A stretch of 64,000 nucleotides of DNA from NCBI GenBank assembly GCA_944387565.1, contig CALXFJ010000003.1:7272-71271 (forward strand), written 5' to 3'. The DNA comes from an uncultured Clostridia bacterium (GTDB lineage Bacteria > Bacillota > Clostridia > TANB77 > CAG-508). Of the stretch, positions 9,099-18,744 are shown in pieces. The notes under the pieces were generated by a model. It did not search any database. It was not told where the DNA came from and was given only the letters and a program-made list of their open reading frames with translations. Position 1 is the first letter of the stretch. Every line of letters begins with the position of its first letter. A program made the position numbers and the translations under genes.

Positions 9099-9773
9099 AT
9101 GAACATAGAGAAATTAGAAAATAGTATAGGCTACCATTTTAAAAATAAAGCACTTTTAAAAAAGGCACTAACACATACTTCATATGCATATGAAAATAAT
9201 TTACAAAGTAATGAAAAACTGGAATTTTTAGGAGATAGTGTATTAGAATTTATATCTAGCAAATATATATATAATAATTATCCCAATTTAAGAGAAGGAG
9301 AAATGACTAAAGTTAGAGCAACAGTAGTATGTGAAAAAAGTTTATCAGAAATAGCTAAATTGCATAATTTTAGTGATTTCTTATATCTCGGAAAATCAGA
9401 AAGAAAATCTGATGGAGGAAAAAGACCAGCAATATTAGAAGACACAACAGAAGCAGTAATAGCAGCAATATATTTAGATGGAGGGATTGAAGAAGCGGAA
9501 AAATTTATAGTAGAAAACCTAAAAGAAAAAATAGAAGAAGCAACAAAACATGTAGGAGATAAAGATTACAAAACTGTTTTACAAGAAAAACTCCAAGTAA
9601 ATGGAGCAGTAGATATAGAATATAAGATAATAAAAGAGATGGGACCTGACCATGATAAGACATTTGAAGCAGAACTAGAAATAGATGGAAAACATGTTGC
9701 TAATGGAATAGGAAAGAGTAAAAAAGCGGCTCAAATGCAAGCAGCTAAAAAAGCTTTAGAAATAATAAAATAG
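9099..9773 (+). CDS. rnc: ribonuclease III
   Basis: 224 aa. RNase III signature NEKLEFLGDSVLE and C-terminal dsRBD GIGKSKKAAQMQAAKKAL. Confidence 0.95.
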   Translation: MNIEKLENSIGYHFKNKALLKKALTHTSYAYENNLQSNEKLEFLGDSVLEFISSKYIYNNYPNLREGEMTKVRATVVCEKSLSEIAKLHNFSDFLYLGKSERKSDGGKRPAILEDTTEAVIAAIYLDGGIEEAEKFIVENLKEKIEEATKHVGDKDYKTVLQEKLQVNGAVDIEYKIIKEMGPDHDKTFEAELEIDGKHVANGIGKSKKAAQMQAAKKALEIIK

Positions 9774-9787
9774 AAAAGAGGTAATCT

Positions 9788-10822
9788 ATGAAAGAACATT
9801 ACATAATACCAATATTTGTTTCACAACTAACAATGAAAAGTAATAGTATTTTATATAGAAATGATAGTAGTGAACAAAAAACAAGTATTACAAAAGAAAA
9901 AGTAAGAGAAATAATAGAAAATTACCTAAAAAATGTAGAAAATGAAGAAGCTAAAGTAGAAATAGTGTTTTGTGGAGGAAGTTTTACATCAATAGAAGAA
10001 GAAAAACAAGAAGAATTATTAAACGTGGCATATGAATATATAGAAAATAGAAAAGTAGATAGTATTAGAATTCTAGCAAATGCAGATGAAATAAATAAAG
10101 AGATATTAAAGAAACTAAAAAGATATAAAGTAAAAACAATAGAATTAGAAACACCATCTACAAATGATTATATTCTAAAAAGGATAGGAGAAAAATATAA
10201 TTTACAAGATATAAAAAAGGCATCAAAGATGATAAAATGGAATGGTTTTAGATTGGGTTATCACATGATGGTAGGATTGCCAGAAAGTACTAGAATAGAT
10301 GAAGTAAATACAGCAAAAGAATTAATAAAATTAAAACCTAAAATGGTAAGAATTTATACTACATTAGTAATAAAAAATACACAGCTAGAAAAAGAATATG
10401 AAGAAGGAAAATATAAACCATTATCAATAGTACAAGCTGTTGAGATTTGTAAGGATTTAGTAAGAATGTTTGCTGACAAAAATATTGATATATTAAATGT
10501 GGGAATTAGTGCAGAAGATGAAGCGGAACTTAACAAGACAAGTAAAATAATTAGTGGGCCATGTCATCCAGCATTCAGACAATTAGTAGAATCAGCAATG
10601 TGGTATGATGCAATTGTAGAAAAAATAAAGAAACTTAATGTAAAAGTAAAAGAAGTAGAAGTAACAGTAAATCCAAAAGATAGTGATAATGTAATAGGTC
10701 ATAAAAAAGAAAATGTACAAAAGCTAAAAGAATTATATGATGTTGACTTAGTACTTAATCAAAATGAAAAAATAAAACAAGGAAAATCAAAAATAGATAT
10801 AACAAAAACATATGAGGATTAA
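9788..10822 (+). CDS. ELP3/radical-SAM-like protein usually found after rnc, here without the CxxxCxxC cluster motif
   Basis: 344 aa. The N-terminus YIIPIFVSQLTMKSNSILYRND occupies the place where homologues normally read IPIF.PH.GCP..C.FCNQ. The rest (FCGGSFT, TIELETPS, GLPEST) keeps the radical-SAM TIM-barrel pattern. Confidence 0.6.
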   Translation: MKEHYIIPIFVSQLTMKSNSILYRNDSSEQKTSITKEKVREIIENYLKNVENEEAKVEIVFCGGSFTSIEEEKQEELLNVAYEYIENRKVDSIRILANADEINKEILKKLKRYKVKTIELETPSTNDYILKRIGEKYNLQDIKKASKMIKWNGFRLGYHMMVGLPESTRIDEVNTAKELIKLKPKMVRIYTTLVIKNTQLEKEYEEGKYKPLSIVQAVEICKDLVRMFADKNIDILNVGISAEDEAELNKTSKIISGPCHPAFRQLVESAMWYDAIVEKIKKLNVKVKEVEVTVNPKDSDNVIGHKKENVQKLKELYDVDLVLNQNEKIKQGKSKIDITKTYED

Positions 10823-10947
10823 GAAAGAAGAAAAATAAAAAGTAAAAAAGCAATAAGAAAAAAGTAAATAAAAATAAGATATTAAATAAATAGAAAATAG
10901 AATAAATCACCTATATTTTTAGAATAATAAAATAAAGGTGATTTTTT

Positions 10948-11823
10948 ATGGATTTAATAAATCAGAACAATGAAGAAAGAAATATAAAGATAAGAAGGGT
11001 AATCATAGAAATATTAGGTACAATAATAGGCTCATTTATAATGGCTATAGGAGTATCACTTTTTTTACTTCCAAATCAACTATCATCAGGAGGAGTAGCA
11101 GGTATTGCAACAATAACTTATTATTTATTTAATATACCAATGGGAACAATGATGGTTTTAATAAATGTGCCTTTGTTTTTGGTATCGATATTTAAAATGG
11201 GAAAATATTTTTTTGTGAAATCAATGATTGGAACAGTAACTTTATCTATATTTATAGATTTTTTAGATAAATTTAAAGCATTAACAGAAGATAGATTTTT
11301 AGCATGTGTATATGGAGGTATTATTTTAGGTATAGGAACAGCAATTTTATTAAAGGTTAATTCTTCAACAGGTGGTAGTGATTTGGTGAGTTATGTGGCA
11401 AAAAAATATAAGCCAACTGTACAAGCTGGAAATATAATTGTAATTATAGATATTGTAATAGTGACTTTAAATATGATATTTTTTAATGAAATAGAAATTG
11501 GGCTTTATTCTGCAATTGCAATTTATTTGATGGGTAAAATTATAGATATCCTTTTTGAGGGGATAGATTTTACGAAACTTATGATTATAGTTTCTGATAA
11601 AAGTGAAGAAATTTCAAAGGATATTGAAGAGAAAATTGAAAGAGGGGTAACTGGGCTTTATGGTAAAGGAATGTATACTAATACTAAAAAATTGGTGCTT
11701 ATGTGTGTAGCTCCAAGGAGGGAGGTTGCAAGGATAAAAATGCTTGCAAGAAAGATAGACCCAAGAAGTTTTATTATCATAACAAATTCAAGAGAGGTTG
11801 TAGGGCAAGGGTTTGAGAAATGA
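10948..11823 (+). CDS. YitT-family membrane protein (DUF2179 C-terminal domain)
   Basis: 291 aa. Multiple TM segments, GGSDL motif, C-terminal VTGLYGKGMYT...MCVAPRREV...IDPRSFIIIT typical of the YitT family. Confidence 0.8.
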   Translation: MDLINQNNEERNIKIRRVIIEILGTIIGSFIMAIGVSLFLLPNQLSSGGVAGIATITYYLFNIPMGTMMVLINVPLFLVSIFKMGKYFFVKSMIGTVTLSIFIDFLDKFKALTEDRFLACVYGGIILGIGTAILLKVNSSTGGSDLVSYVAKKYKPTVQAGNIIVIIDIVIVTLNMIFFNEIEIGLYSAIAIYLMGKIIDILFEGIDFTKLMIIVSDKSEEISKDIEEKIERGVTGLYGKGMYTNTKKLVLMCVAPRREVARIKMLARKIDPRSFIIITNSREVVGQGFEK

Positions 11824-11854
11824 GACAGAATGGGGACGGTGCTTTTTTGTCTCA
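11821..11854 (+). repeat. GGGGACGG-loop palindromic element, copy a
   Basis: TGAGACAgaatGGGGACGGtgcttttTTGTCTCA. The TGA of the left arm is the stop codon of the YitT gene. Confidence 0.8.
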
Positions 11855-11891
11855 TTTCTGTAAATTTAAAAATGTGTTTTTAGGGATTTGT

Positions 11892-11995
11892 AGCAAGTTT
11901 TTAGATTTAAAGCTTTGCTTTACCAGCAGTTTTACTACCCTTAATTTCCCTACGTAAAACTGCTTAATCTAAAAACTTGCTGTTTTTTTCTTTTT
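11892..11995 (+). terminator. large compound (nested) hairpin followed by a T-run
   Basis: Outer arms AGCAAGTTTTTAGATT (11892-11907) / AATCTAAAAACTTGCT (11966-11981). Inner arms AGCAGTTTTAC (11925-11935) / GTAAAACTGCT (11954-11964). Followed by GTTTTTTTCTTTTTT. Confidence 0.5.
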
Positions 11996-12204
11996 TAATA
12001 TTACATTTTTCTTTAAATATTTTAAAGGAGATTGTCTTTAATTTCAGGTAATTTATACTTTTTATTTGTTTAATGATATATTCTTTTATTCTCTTAAGGA
12101 TTCTTGTTTGAGTATATTTATTTTTTGCTCTCTTCTTGCGTTTGGGATGCTTATATTTTCTCATTATGACCCACGCACTAGCGTTTAGTACTTTAATATA
12201 TTAA

Positions 12205-13848
12205 TTAATCTTTCTGCCACGTAAATACTGGATATCCTTTATTTATATTATATTCATCTTCTTGAAATTTATTTTCACCATTAATAATATCCATTGGATT
12301 AGGCATTTCATCTATGTTTATGGCTACTGCATTTTTATCTTGAGTAACTGTATTTAGATAAAAACAATTATTTATATTGGCATTTCCTGTACTCGTATAT
12401 CCTATTATACTTGATATTCCAATATCTCCTGAAATATTTCCTAAATTATAACAATTTTTTACATTAACATTTGCATTATTATATCCGATTATTCCTCCTC
12501 CATAATTATGTGTTGTAATTGATGCATAGTTAATGCAACTTTTTACTTCGATAACATCATTATAATCTGAATTAATTGACCCAATTATTCCTCCCGTCTT
12601 TTGAGATTCATTCTTAATTTCTCCTACGTTATAACAGTTGATTAGATTAGTTTTTTTATCTAAACCACCTGCAATTCCTCCTGCACTTTCTTCATTTGCA
12701 TTAACACCACCCATATTATAGCAATTTCTTATGTTTCCTTGTTCTATAGTCCCAACAACTCCTCCAACACCTCCTGTTCCTATTATTGTGCCTTTGTTAT
12801 AAGAATTTGAAATTTTTCCTTTAAAATATCCTGCAATTCCACCGGCATACCATTCATTTCCTGTCAAGTTTCCATAATTTCCACAATTTATTATTGTATT
12901 AGAAACATTCTCGAATTGTTTCCAATCAGTTCCATTGCTACTTCCTAATATTCCTCCTCCTCCAATTATAGTCCCATAATTTTTACAATTAGATATTGTA
13001 TGTTGTCCAGCAATTATTCTTACTATGCCTGCTCCATTTGTATTAGCATAATTTACACAATTACTTATATTCCCTTCAAATCCATATAAATATCCTACTA
13101 CTCCGGCTCCATTACTTCCTGTTATTTTACTATTTTCTCCTATAGTTATATTTTTTATTGTTCCATCTATTACAAAACTAAATAAGCCATTATATTTATT
13201 ATCTGTTGAACTTATCTTTAAATTTTTTATTGTATGATTGCAACCATCAAATATTCCTTTAAATGCTTTATTATTCCCTGTTTCTGGATTTTTTTCATCT
13301 GTATTTGAATCTATAAATCCTATTGGTTTCCATTCTCCCGATAATGTTATATCACTTGTAAGTAACACTGCCTTTCCCTCATAGCTATTTCCATTATTTA
13401 CATCATCTCTAAAATTCATTAAACCTTGTTCATCATTTATTTCTATTATATTATCACTGCTTATTACTGTTTTATCATTATTTACATAGTATTTTCTATC
13501 ATTTATTGTTACTATAAAACTTCCATCACCATTTGCTACTACATCTAATTCTTCACTACTAAAATTTTTTTCTAATTCTTCTTTAAAACTTTTCGCATCT
13601 AAAATATCTAAATATTCATTATTTTTTGTTTCACTTCCTATTACTGCTAGTTGTATTCCCTCTAATTCTGATGCTTTCTCAGTTTTCTCTTTGGCATTTT
13701 GTGCCTGAGTTAATATTCCATTATCACCTGTTAGCATTGCAATACCTACTCCTGCAAGTATTAGAAGTATCACTATAGTAATAACTAACGCAATAAGTGT
13801 AATACCTTTAGTGCTTTTTTCTTTTAATCTTAAATTTAACTTTTGCAT
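12205..13848 (-). CDS. pilin-like (class III signal peptide-like N-terminus) secreted protein with GLUG-type beta-helix repeats
   Basis: N-terminus MQKLNLRLKEKSTKG-ITLIALVITIVILLILAGV, then about nine repeats of the form (I/V)xNCxNxGxIxG...GGI(I/A)G. Start moved to ATG 13848, which has better spacing from AAAGGAA. The ORF track starts at 13857. Confidence 0.75.
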   Translation of the reverse strand: MQKLNLRLKEKSTKGITLIALVITIVILLILAGVGIAMLTGDNGILTQAQNAKEKTEKASELEGIQLAVIGSETKNNEYLDILDAKSFKEELEKNFSSEELDVVANGDGSFIVTINDRKYYVNNDKTVISSDNIIEINDEQGLMNFRDDVNNGNSYEGKAVLLTSDITLSGEWKPIGFIDSNTDEKNPETGNNKAFKGIFDGCNHTIKNLKISSTDNKYNGLFSFVIDGTIKNITIGENSKITGSNGAGVVGYLYGFEGNISNCVNYANTNGAGIVRIIAGQHTISNCKNYGTIIGGGGILGSSNGTDWKQFENVSNTIINCGNYGNLTGNEWYAGGIAGYFKGKISNSYNKGTIIGTGGVGGVVGTIEQGNIRNCYNMGGVNANEESAGGIAGGLDKKTNLINCYNVGEIKNESQKTGGIIGSINSDYNDVIEVKSCINYASITTHNYGGGIIGYNNANVNVKNCYNLGNISGDIGISSIIGYTSTGNANINNCFYLNTVTQDKNAVAINIDEMPNPMDIINGENKFQEDEYNINKGYPVFTWQKD

Positions 13849-13993
13849 GTTTAACATTCCTTTCTTTAGTTTATTTGTTTAAATTCTATCAATGTGGATT
13901 ATGAAAATAAACATTGCTTTTTATAATACTATTTGCAATGCTTATTTATTTCTGTCTTTGCAATACAATCTATCAGTATAGGAGGTAATGCAA

Positions 13994-14185
13994 ATGGCAT
14001 TTCAAATAAAACCATATAGAAAAGAAACAGAAAATAAAACAATAAGATTTCCGATACCATTAATAGAACAAATAGAAAAAGCGATAAGGAATAAAGACGT
14101 AACGTTTTCAAGATTTGTAATACAGGCTTGTGAATATGCATTAAATAATTTAGAAGATGAAGATAATAAAAATAACATAAAATAA
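13994..14185 (+). CDS. ribbon-helix-helix (Arc/CopG, YlcI/YnfO-like) small DNA-binding protein
   Basis: MAFQIKPYRKETENKTIRFPIPLIEQIEKAI...FSRFVIQACEYAL. GGAGG lies 8 nt upstream of ATG 13994. Confidence 0.6.
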   Translation: MAFQIKPYRKETENKTIRFPIPLIEQIEKAIRNKDVTFSRFVIQACEYALNNLEDEDNKNNIK

Positions 14186-14250
14186 ATTTTATAGTCTTAA
14201 ATGTTATTGAAATATAGCCATAAATATTGTAAAATAAAAATGGTGATAAT

Positions 14251-15129
14251 ATGAAAGAGCAAATGTATGAAGTAGAGAATTTAGATTCATTTGAACTAAA
14301 AGATATCTTTGATTGTGGGCAATGCTTTAGATGGAATGAACAAGATGATGGAAGCTATACAGGAGTGTTTAAAGGAAATGTTTTAAATGTAAAAAAGCAA
14401 GAAAATGGTAAAGAAAGCAGAGTAACATTTAGAGGTATGTGTAATGGAGATATAAAAGAAGTAGTAGAAGATTATTTTGATTTAAATAGAGATTATGGAA
14501 AAATAAAAGAAACTTTAAGCAAAATAGACGATAATATGAAAAAAAGTGTTGAATATGGTAAAGGAATAAGAATATTAAATCAAGATTTATGGGAAACAAT
14601 AATATCTTTTATAATATCAGCAAATAATAATATTCCAAGAATAAAAGGGATAATAGAAAGATTATCTAAAAACTATGGAAAAGAAATAGAATATAATGGA
14701 AAAAAATATTATACATTTCCAACAGCAGAAGAATTGAAAGATGTAAGTGTAGAAAAATATAGAGAATTAGGATTAGGTTTTAGAGATATAAGACTTTATG
14801 AAACAACTAAGATGATATTAGATGGTGAAGTAAACTTAGATGAATTAAGGGATAATCAAAATACTATAGAAGTAAGAGATAAGTTACTTACACTATCAGG
14901 AGTAGGACCAAAAGTTGCAGATTGTATATTATTATTTTCAGACTTAAAAAGATTTGAAGTATTTCCAATAGATGTATGGGTAAGAAGAGTAATGAATGAT
15001 TTATACATAAAAAATGAAGATGAAACAAAAGTAAATAAAAAACAAATAGAAAAAATAGCAAAAGAAAAATTTGGAAACTTAGCAGGATTAGCACAACAAT
15101 ATCTATTTTATTGGAGAAGAGAAGCTTAA
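14251..15129 (+). CDS. ogg: 8-oxoguanine DNA glycosylase/AP lyase (OGG1-type, HhH-GPD)
   Basis: 292 aa. N-terminal OGG_N-like FDCGQCFRW and HhH-GPD motif LLTLSGVGPKVADCILLF...FPIDVWV. Confidence 0.85.
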   Translation: MKEQMYEVENLDSFELKDIFDCGQCFRWNEQDDGSYTGVFKGNVLNVKKQENGKESRVTFRGMCNGDIKEVVEDYFDLNRDYGKIKETLSKIDDNMKKSVEYGKGIRILNQDLWETIISFIISANNNIPRIKGIIERLSKNYGKEIEYNGKKYYTFPTAEELKDVSVEKYRELGLGFRDIRLYETTKMILDGEVNLDELRDNQNTIEVRDKLLTLSGVGPKVADCILLFSDLKRFEVFPIDVWVRRVMNDLYIKNEDETKVNKKQIEKIAKEKFGNLAGLAQQYLFYWRREA

Positions 15130-15211
15130 ATTTCTATTAAGTTATATATCTTAAAGATAAATGATTTTTATTTTCATTTATCTTTATTTGTTGGAAAAAA
15201 TTTTAAAAGTG

Positions 15212-15245
15212 CTTGCAAAATAAATAAAATTATGGTAACATATTT
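15212..15245 (+). promoter_or_regulatory. possible promoter within the long AT-rich spacer upstream of 15577
   Basis: TTGCAA, about 17 nt spacer, TGgTAACAT (extended -10). It lies about 330 nt upstream of the next start. Coordinates approximate. Confidence 0.3.
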
Positions 15246-15576
15246 TAAAATCAATTTTAAATTTTGTTGCATTCAAATGATTTTAAATCTAGTTTGAGTT
15301 CTCATATAATTTTATTCAAAATAATAATAATATATTTTTAAGTTCTATTTTTCTAAAAAAACAGTTTTCATTAAAAATATTTTTAAAATCTAGGACTTTT
15401 ATTAATTTTTTGTTGTTTGTTATTTAAAATTATAATTTTGTTTTATATTTATAATCTGATTTTTAATAGTTTCATTATTTATTTTATTTTGTATCTGAAA
15501 TAAAAAAATTCCACAAAAGGTTAAAGAAAAAAATAGAAAAAGACAAATTAATTAACAAAGCAAAGAGGAGGAAAAA

Positions 15577-16974
15577 ATGAAAGAAGAAACAGAAATTTTA
15601 GAATTTAAGACATCAACAGCTGAATTACCAGCAGCATTAAATTCAATAGTAGCAATATTAAATAAACATAGAGGAGGAACTTTATATTTTGGAATAAAAA
15701 ATAATGGTAAAATTGTAGGACAACAAATGGGAGAAAGCACTATAAGAGATGTAACTAGGGCAATATCAGAAAATATAGAGCCCAAAATATATCCTAATGT
15801 ACAAAAGGTTAGTATAGATGGAAAAGAATGTATAAGAGTCGAATTTAAAGGGGAAGAAATTCCGTATTTATCTTATGGTAGGGCATATATGAGAGTTGGA
15901 GATGAAGATAGACAGTTATCACAAAAGGAAATTAAAAATTTAATTATGAAATCAAGTGATTTTGATACGAGATGGGAGAATGAAATCACAGAATATAGTT
16001 ATGAAGAAGTAAATGAGGAATTATTAAAAAAATGTATAAAGCAGGGTAATGAAAGTAAAAGAATTAATTATGAGTATACTAGTAAAAGGGATATATTAAA
16101 TAGATTAGGTTTAATTAATAAAGAAGGAAAATTATTAAATGCTGGAAATGCTTTGTTTGGGAAAAATGCTAAAATAGTTTTAAAAATGGCAATGTTTGCT
16201 ACCAATACGAATTTAACTTTTCTAGATATCTCAAGGAAAGAAGGAAATATATTAGAACTTAGTAGCATAGGAGAAACTTATGTAAAAGAGCATATAAATT
16301 GGACTGTCAATTTTGAAACAGGAAAATTAGAAAGGATGGAAATTCCAGAGATACCAATAGCATCTATTCGTGAAGCTGTAATGAATTCGTTATGTCATAA
16401 ATCTATGATAAGTAATCAAGATGTGGAAATAACAATATATAAAAATAGAGTTGAAATATATAATCCGGGACAATTTCCAGAAGACTACACGCCAGAAGAT
16501 TACATAGAAGGAAAAGGAAAATCAATTTTAAGGAATAAATTAATAGGACAAACATTATTTTTATGTCATGAAGTAGAAACATTTGGAACTGGAATAAGGA
16601 GAATATTTGAAGAATGCAAGAAAAATAATGTAAAAGTAGAGTTTAGAATGGATAAATTAGGATTTACAGTAATATTTTATAGAAAAACTAATGAAGAACT
16701 TGAAGATGTTGCAACAAACGTGCTAAAAGAAGATAAAACAATTAATATTATAAATGGCACTGTAAATGGCACTGTAAGTGGCACTGTAAAAGATAGTGAA
16801 AATATAATAATAAATATATTAAAATTAAATCCTAATATTACACAAAATCAAATAACAAAACAAACATCAATACCGCTAAGAACAGTAAAGAGAACAATGA
16901 AACAATTAAAAGATAAAAAAATAATAGAAAGAGTAGGTTCTGATAAAAAAGGATATTGGAAAGTAAATTGTTGA
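15577..16974 (+). CDS. AlbA_2 (Schlafen-like) / HATPase_c_4 / C-terminal winged-helix putative DNA-binding regulator
   Basis: 465 aa. ETEILEFKTS...ILNKHRGGTLYFGI (AlbA_2 box), central ...AVMNSLCHK...FGTGIRRI, C-terminal wHTH ITKQTSIPLRTVKRTMKQLKDKKIIERVG. Confidence 0.75.
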   Translation: MKEETEILEFKTSTAELPAALNSIVAILNKHRGGTLYFGIKNNGKIVGQQMGESTIRDVTRAISENIEPKIYPNVQKVSIDGKECIRVEFKGEEIPYLSYGRAYMRVGDEDRQLSQKEIKNLIMKSSDFDTRWENEITEYSYEEVNEELLKKCIKQGNESKRINYEYTSKRDILNRLGLINKEGKLLNAGNALFGKNAKIVLKMAMFATNTNLTFLDISRKEGNILELSSIGETYVKEHINWTVNFETGKLERMEIPEIPIASIREAVMNSLCHKSMISNQDVEITIYKNRVEIYNPGQFPEDYTPEDYIEGKGKSILRNKLIGQTLFLCHEVETFGTGIRRIFEECKKNNVKVEFRMDKLGFTVIFYRKTNEELEDVATNVLKEDKTINIINGTVNGTVSGTVKDSENIIINILKLNPNITQNQITKQTSIPLRTVKRTMKQLKDKKIIERVGSDKKGYWKVNC

Positions 16975-17023
16975 ACAATTGGGGAAGTTTCTTATTGGAC
17001 ATTTTGCCCAATAAGGGATACAT
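16971..17023 (+). repeat. 55-nt GGACA/TGTCC element, copy g (+ orientation)
   Basis: TTGAACAATTGGGGAAGTTTCTTATTGGACATTTTGCCCAATAAGGGATACAT. By eye roughly 85 percent identical to the reverse complements of copies e and f. Overlaps the stop codon of the preceding gene. Confidence 0.75.
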
Positions 17024-17049
17024 TTAAAAAAGATAGGTGAATTTTAAAA

Positions 17050-17259
17050 TCACTTATCTTTATTTTTTGCTATTTTCCTTATATGTTCTCCTATTTCTTC
17101 ATTACTTAAATTTAAAGCAACTACCATTTTTGCATAATTATCTACTTTAGGAATAGTTTTATCGTTTTCTATTCTAAAAATAGTTTTTCTATCTAAACCA
17201 GTTATTTCTGACAATTTTTCTTGTGTAATTTTTGCTCGCTTTCTATATTCTTGTAACAT
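17050..17259 (-). CDS. XRE-family helix-turn-helix transcriptional regulator
   Basis: MLQEYRKRAKITQEKLSEITGLDRKTIFRIENDKTIP. Start moved to ATG 17259 (RBS GAGGGTGA). Divergent from the pilin-like gene at 17393. Confidence 0.8.
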   Translation of the reverse strand: MLQEYRKRAKITQEKLSEITGLDRKTIFRIENDKTIPKVDNYAKMVVALNLSNEEIGEHIRKIAKNKDK

Positions 17260-17392
17260 AAATTCACCCTCAATAAATAAACTATACTTAATTTTATAAT
17301 AAATTATTTTATTAGTCATTGACATATATGCCCCATTTTGCTACAATTTATCTTGAAAGGGGCATATGTGCCTCAAAATATAGGAGGAAGAA

Positions 17393-18568
17393 ATGAAAAG
17401 AACAAATGAAAAAGGAATTACACTAATAGCTTTAGTATTAACTATTATAGTTTTACTTATTTTGGCAGGAGTATCAATTTCAATGCTAACAGGTGATAAC
17501 GGAATACTAGGACAAGCAAATAATGCAAAAGAACAAACAGAGATATCATCAGAAAAAGAGGCAATACAACTAACAATGATAAATAAAGAAGTAAGTAATA
17601 ATAGTAAATATGAAATAGGAAGAAAATTGTATAAAAAGACGTTAGAAAATAGTAATATATGGGATGTAATAGTAATAAATGAAACACAGGAAAAATATGA
17701 TGATGGATGGAGATATATATCAAAGGAAACAGAAGTAGAAAATTATGGAAAGACAAAATATAATTGGTTAGTAAATGAAGATACAGGGGAGATAATACAA
17801 TTAGAAGAAGGAAAATATACAGAGTTATCATATAAAGATGAGTTAGCAGTAACAGAAGGATTAGTATTTAATGTGGATTCAAATAATATGGATAATAGCG
17901 ATTTAACAACATGGGGAGAAGGAGTATCACTTCATGGATTTGAGGATAATACAGAAGAGATAACAAATAAAGGATTAAATTTTGATGGAGTAGATGATTA
18001 TGTAGAATTTAAATCAACAGCAGATTATAGTAAAGGATTTACTTTATCTTTTTATGGAATAAATTATAATGAAGGAGCTTTTTTAACTAAACAGAATGGA
18101 GTAGATGCAAGATATTCATGTAGATTCTATTTATCTAAAAATCAATTTAAATTTAATACTTCAAAAAATAATGCTGATTCAAAATGGTCTGGAGATGATT
18201 CTATTGGTAATAATGGATTCCTAGGTATACCGTGTTCATATTCTTTAGGAGATAAAGCGTATTTTGATTTAACATTTGATGCAGAAAAAAATGAATTTAA
18301 ACTATATAAAGATAGTAAATTAGTGGATTCAGATAAAGTAAATCCTGATTATTGGCATGGAGAAAATGGTGGACAACAAATAATGGAAGAGGATTCTATC
18401 TATTGTTATTTAGGGCGTTATTTTGGAAATGATGCAAACGATGAAAATATGGGATGGCATTTTACAAAAATAACAATATATAGCTTAAGGTTATATAACA
18501 GACCATTAAATGAAAATGAATTAAAAAATAATTATGATAAAACAATAGCAGCACATTTTTTAGAATAA
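17393..18568 (+). CDS. pilin-like N-terminus fused to a LamG/concanavalin-A-like lectin domain
   Basis: MKRTNEKG-ITLIALVLTIIVLLILAGV...MLTGDNGILGQANNAKEQTE, then GLNFDGVDDYVEFKS...ITIYSLRLYNRPLNENEL (Laminin_G_3-like). AGGAGG RBS. Confidence 0.75.
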   Translation: MKRTNEKGITLIALVLTIIVLLILAGVSISMLTGDNGILGQANNAKEQTEISSEKEAIQLTMINKEVSNNSKYEIGRKLYKKTLENSNIWDVIVINETQEKYDDGWRYISKETEVENYGKTKYNWLVNEDTGEIIQLEEGKYTELSYKDELAVTEGLVFNVDSNNMDNSDLTTWGEGVSLHGFEDNTEEITNKGLNFDGVDDYVEFKSTADYSKGFTLSFYGINYNEGAFLTKQNGVDARYSCRFYLSKNQFKFNTSKNNADSKWSGDDSIGNNGFLGIPCSYSLGDKAYFDLTFDAEKNEFKLYKDSKLVDSDKVNPDYWHGENGGQQIMEEDSIYCYLGRYFGNDANDENMGWHFTKITIYSLRLYNRPLNENELKNNYDKTIAAHFLE

Positions 18569-18603
18569 TGATTTAAATATTACAATAATTATTGTAAAAT
18601 CAA

Positions 18604-18629
18604 ATAGCAAGTTTTTCTTGCTATTTTTT
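18604..18629 (+). terminator. rho-independent terminator
   Basis: ATAGCAAG-ttttt-CTTGCTAT followed by TTTTT. Confidence 0.7.
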
Positions 18630-18668
18630 GCTTTCTGTTATAAAATCTAAAAAAGAAAACAGAGAAAA

Positions 18669-18732
18669 GGATGTGTCCTAAAATGGACAAAATGTCGCAT
18701 CAGAAACGTCCCCAATGGGACATAATTGGACA
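18669..18732 (-). repeat. 55-nt GGACA/TGTCC element, copy e (- orientation) in the addB leader
   Basis: GGATGTGTCCTAAAATGGACAAAATGTCGCATCAGAAACGTCCCCAATGGGACATAATTGGACA. It ends a few nt before the addB GGAGG RBS. Confidence 0.75.
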
Positions 18733-18744
18733 TAGGAGGTAAGT

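Noticed and set aside
11964-12164. 66-aa extremely basic ORF on the - strand (MRKYKHPKRKKRAKNK...)
   Set aside because: It has no RBS, low-complexity Lys-rich composition typical of AT-rich noise, and its 3' end is the arm of the large hairpin. It could be a gene fragment, but that is not supportable.
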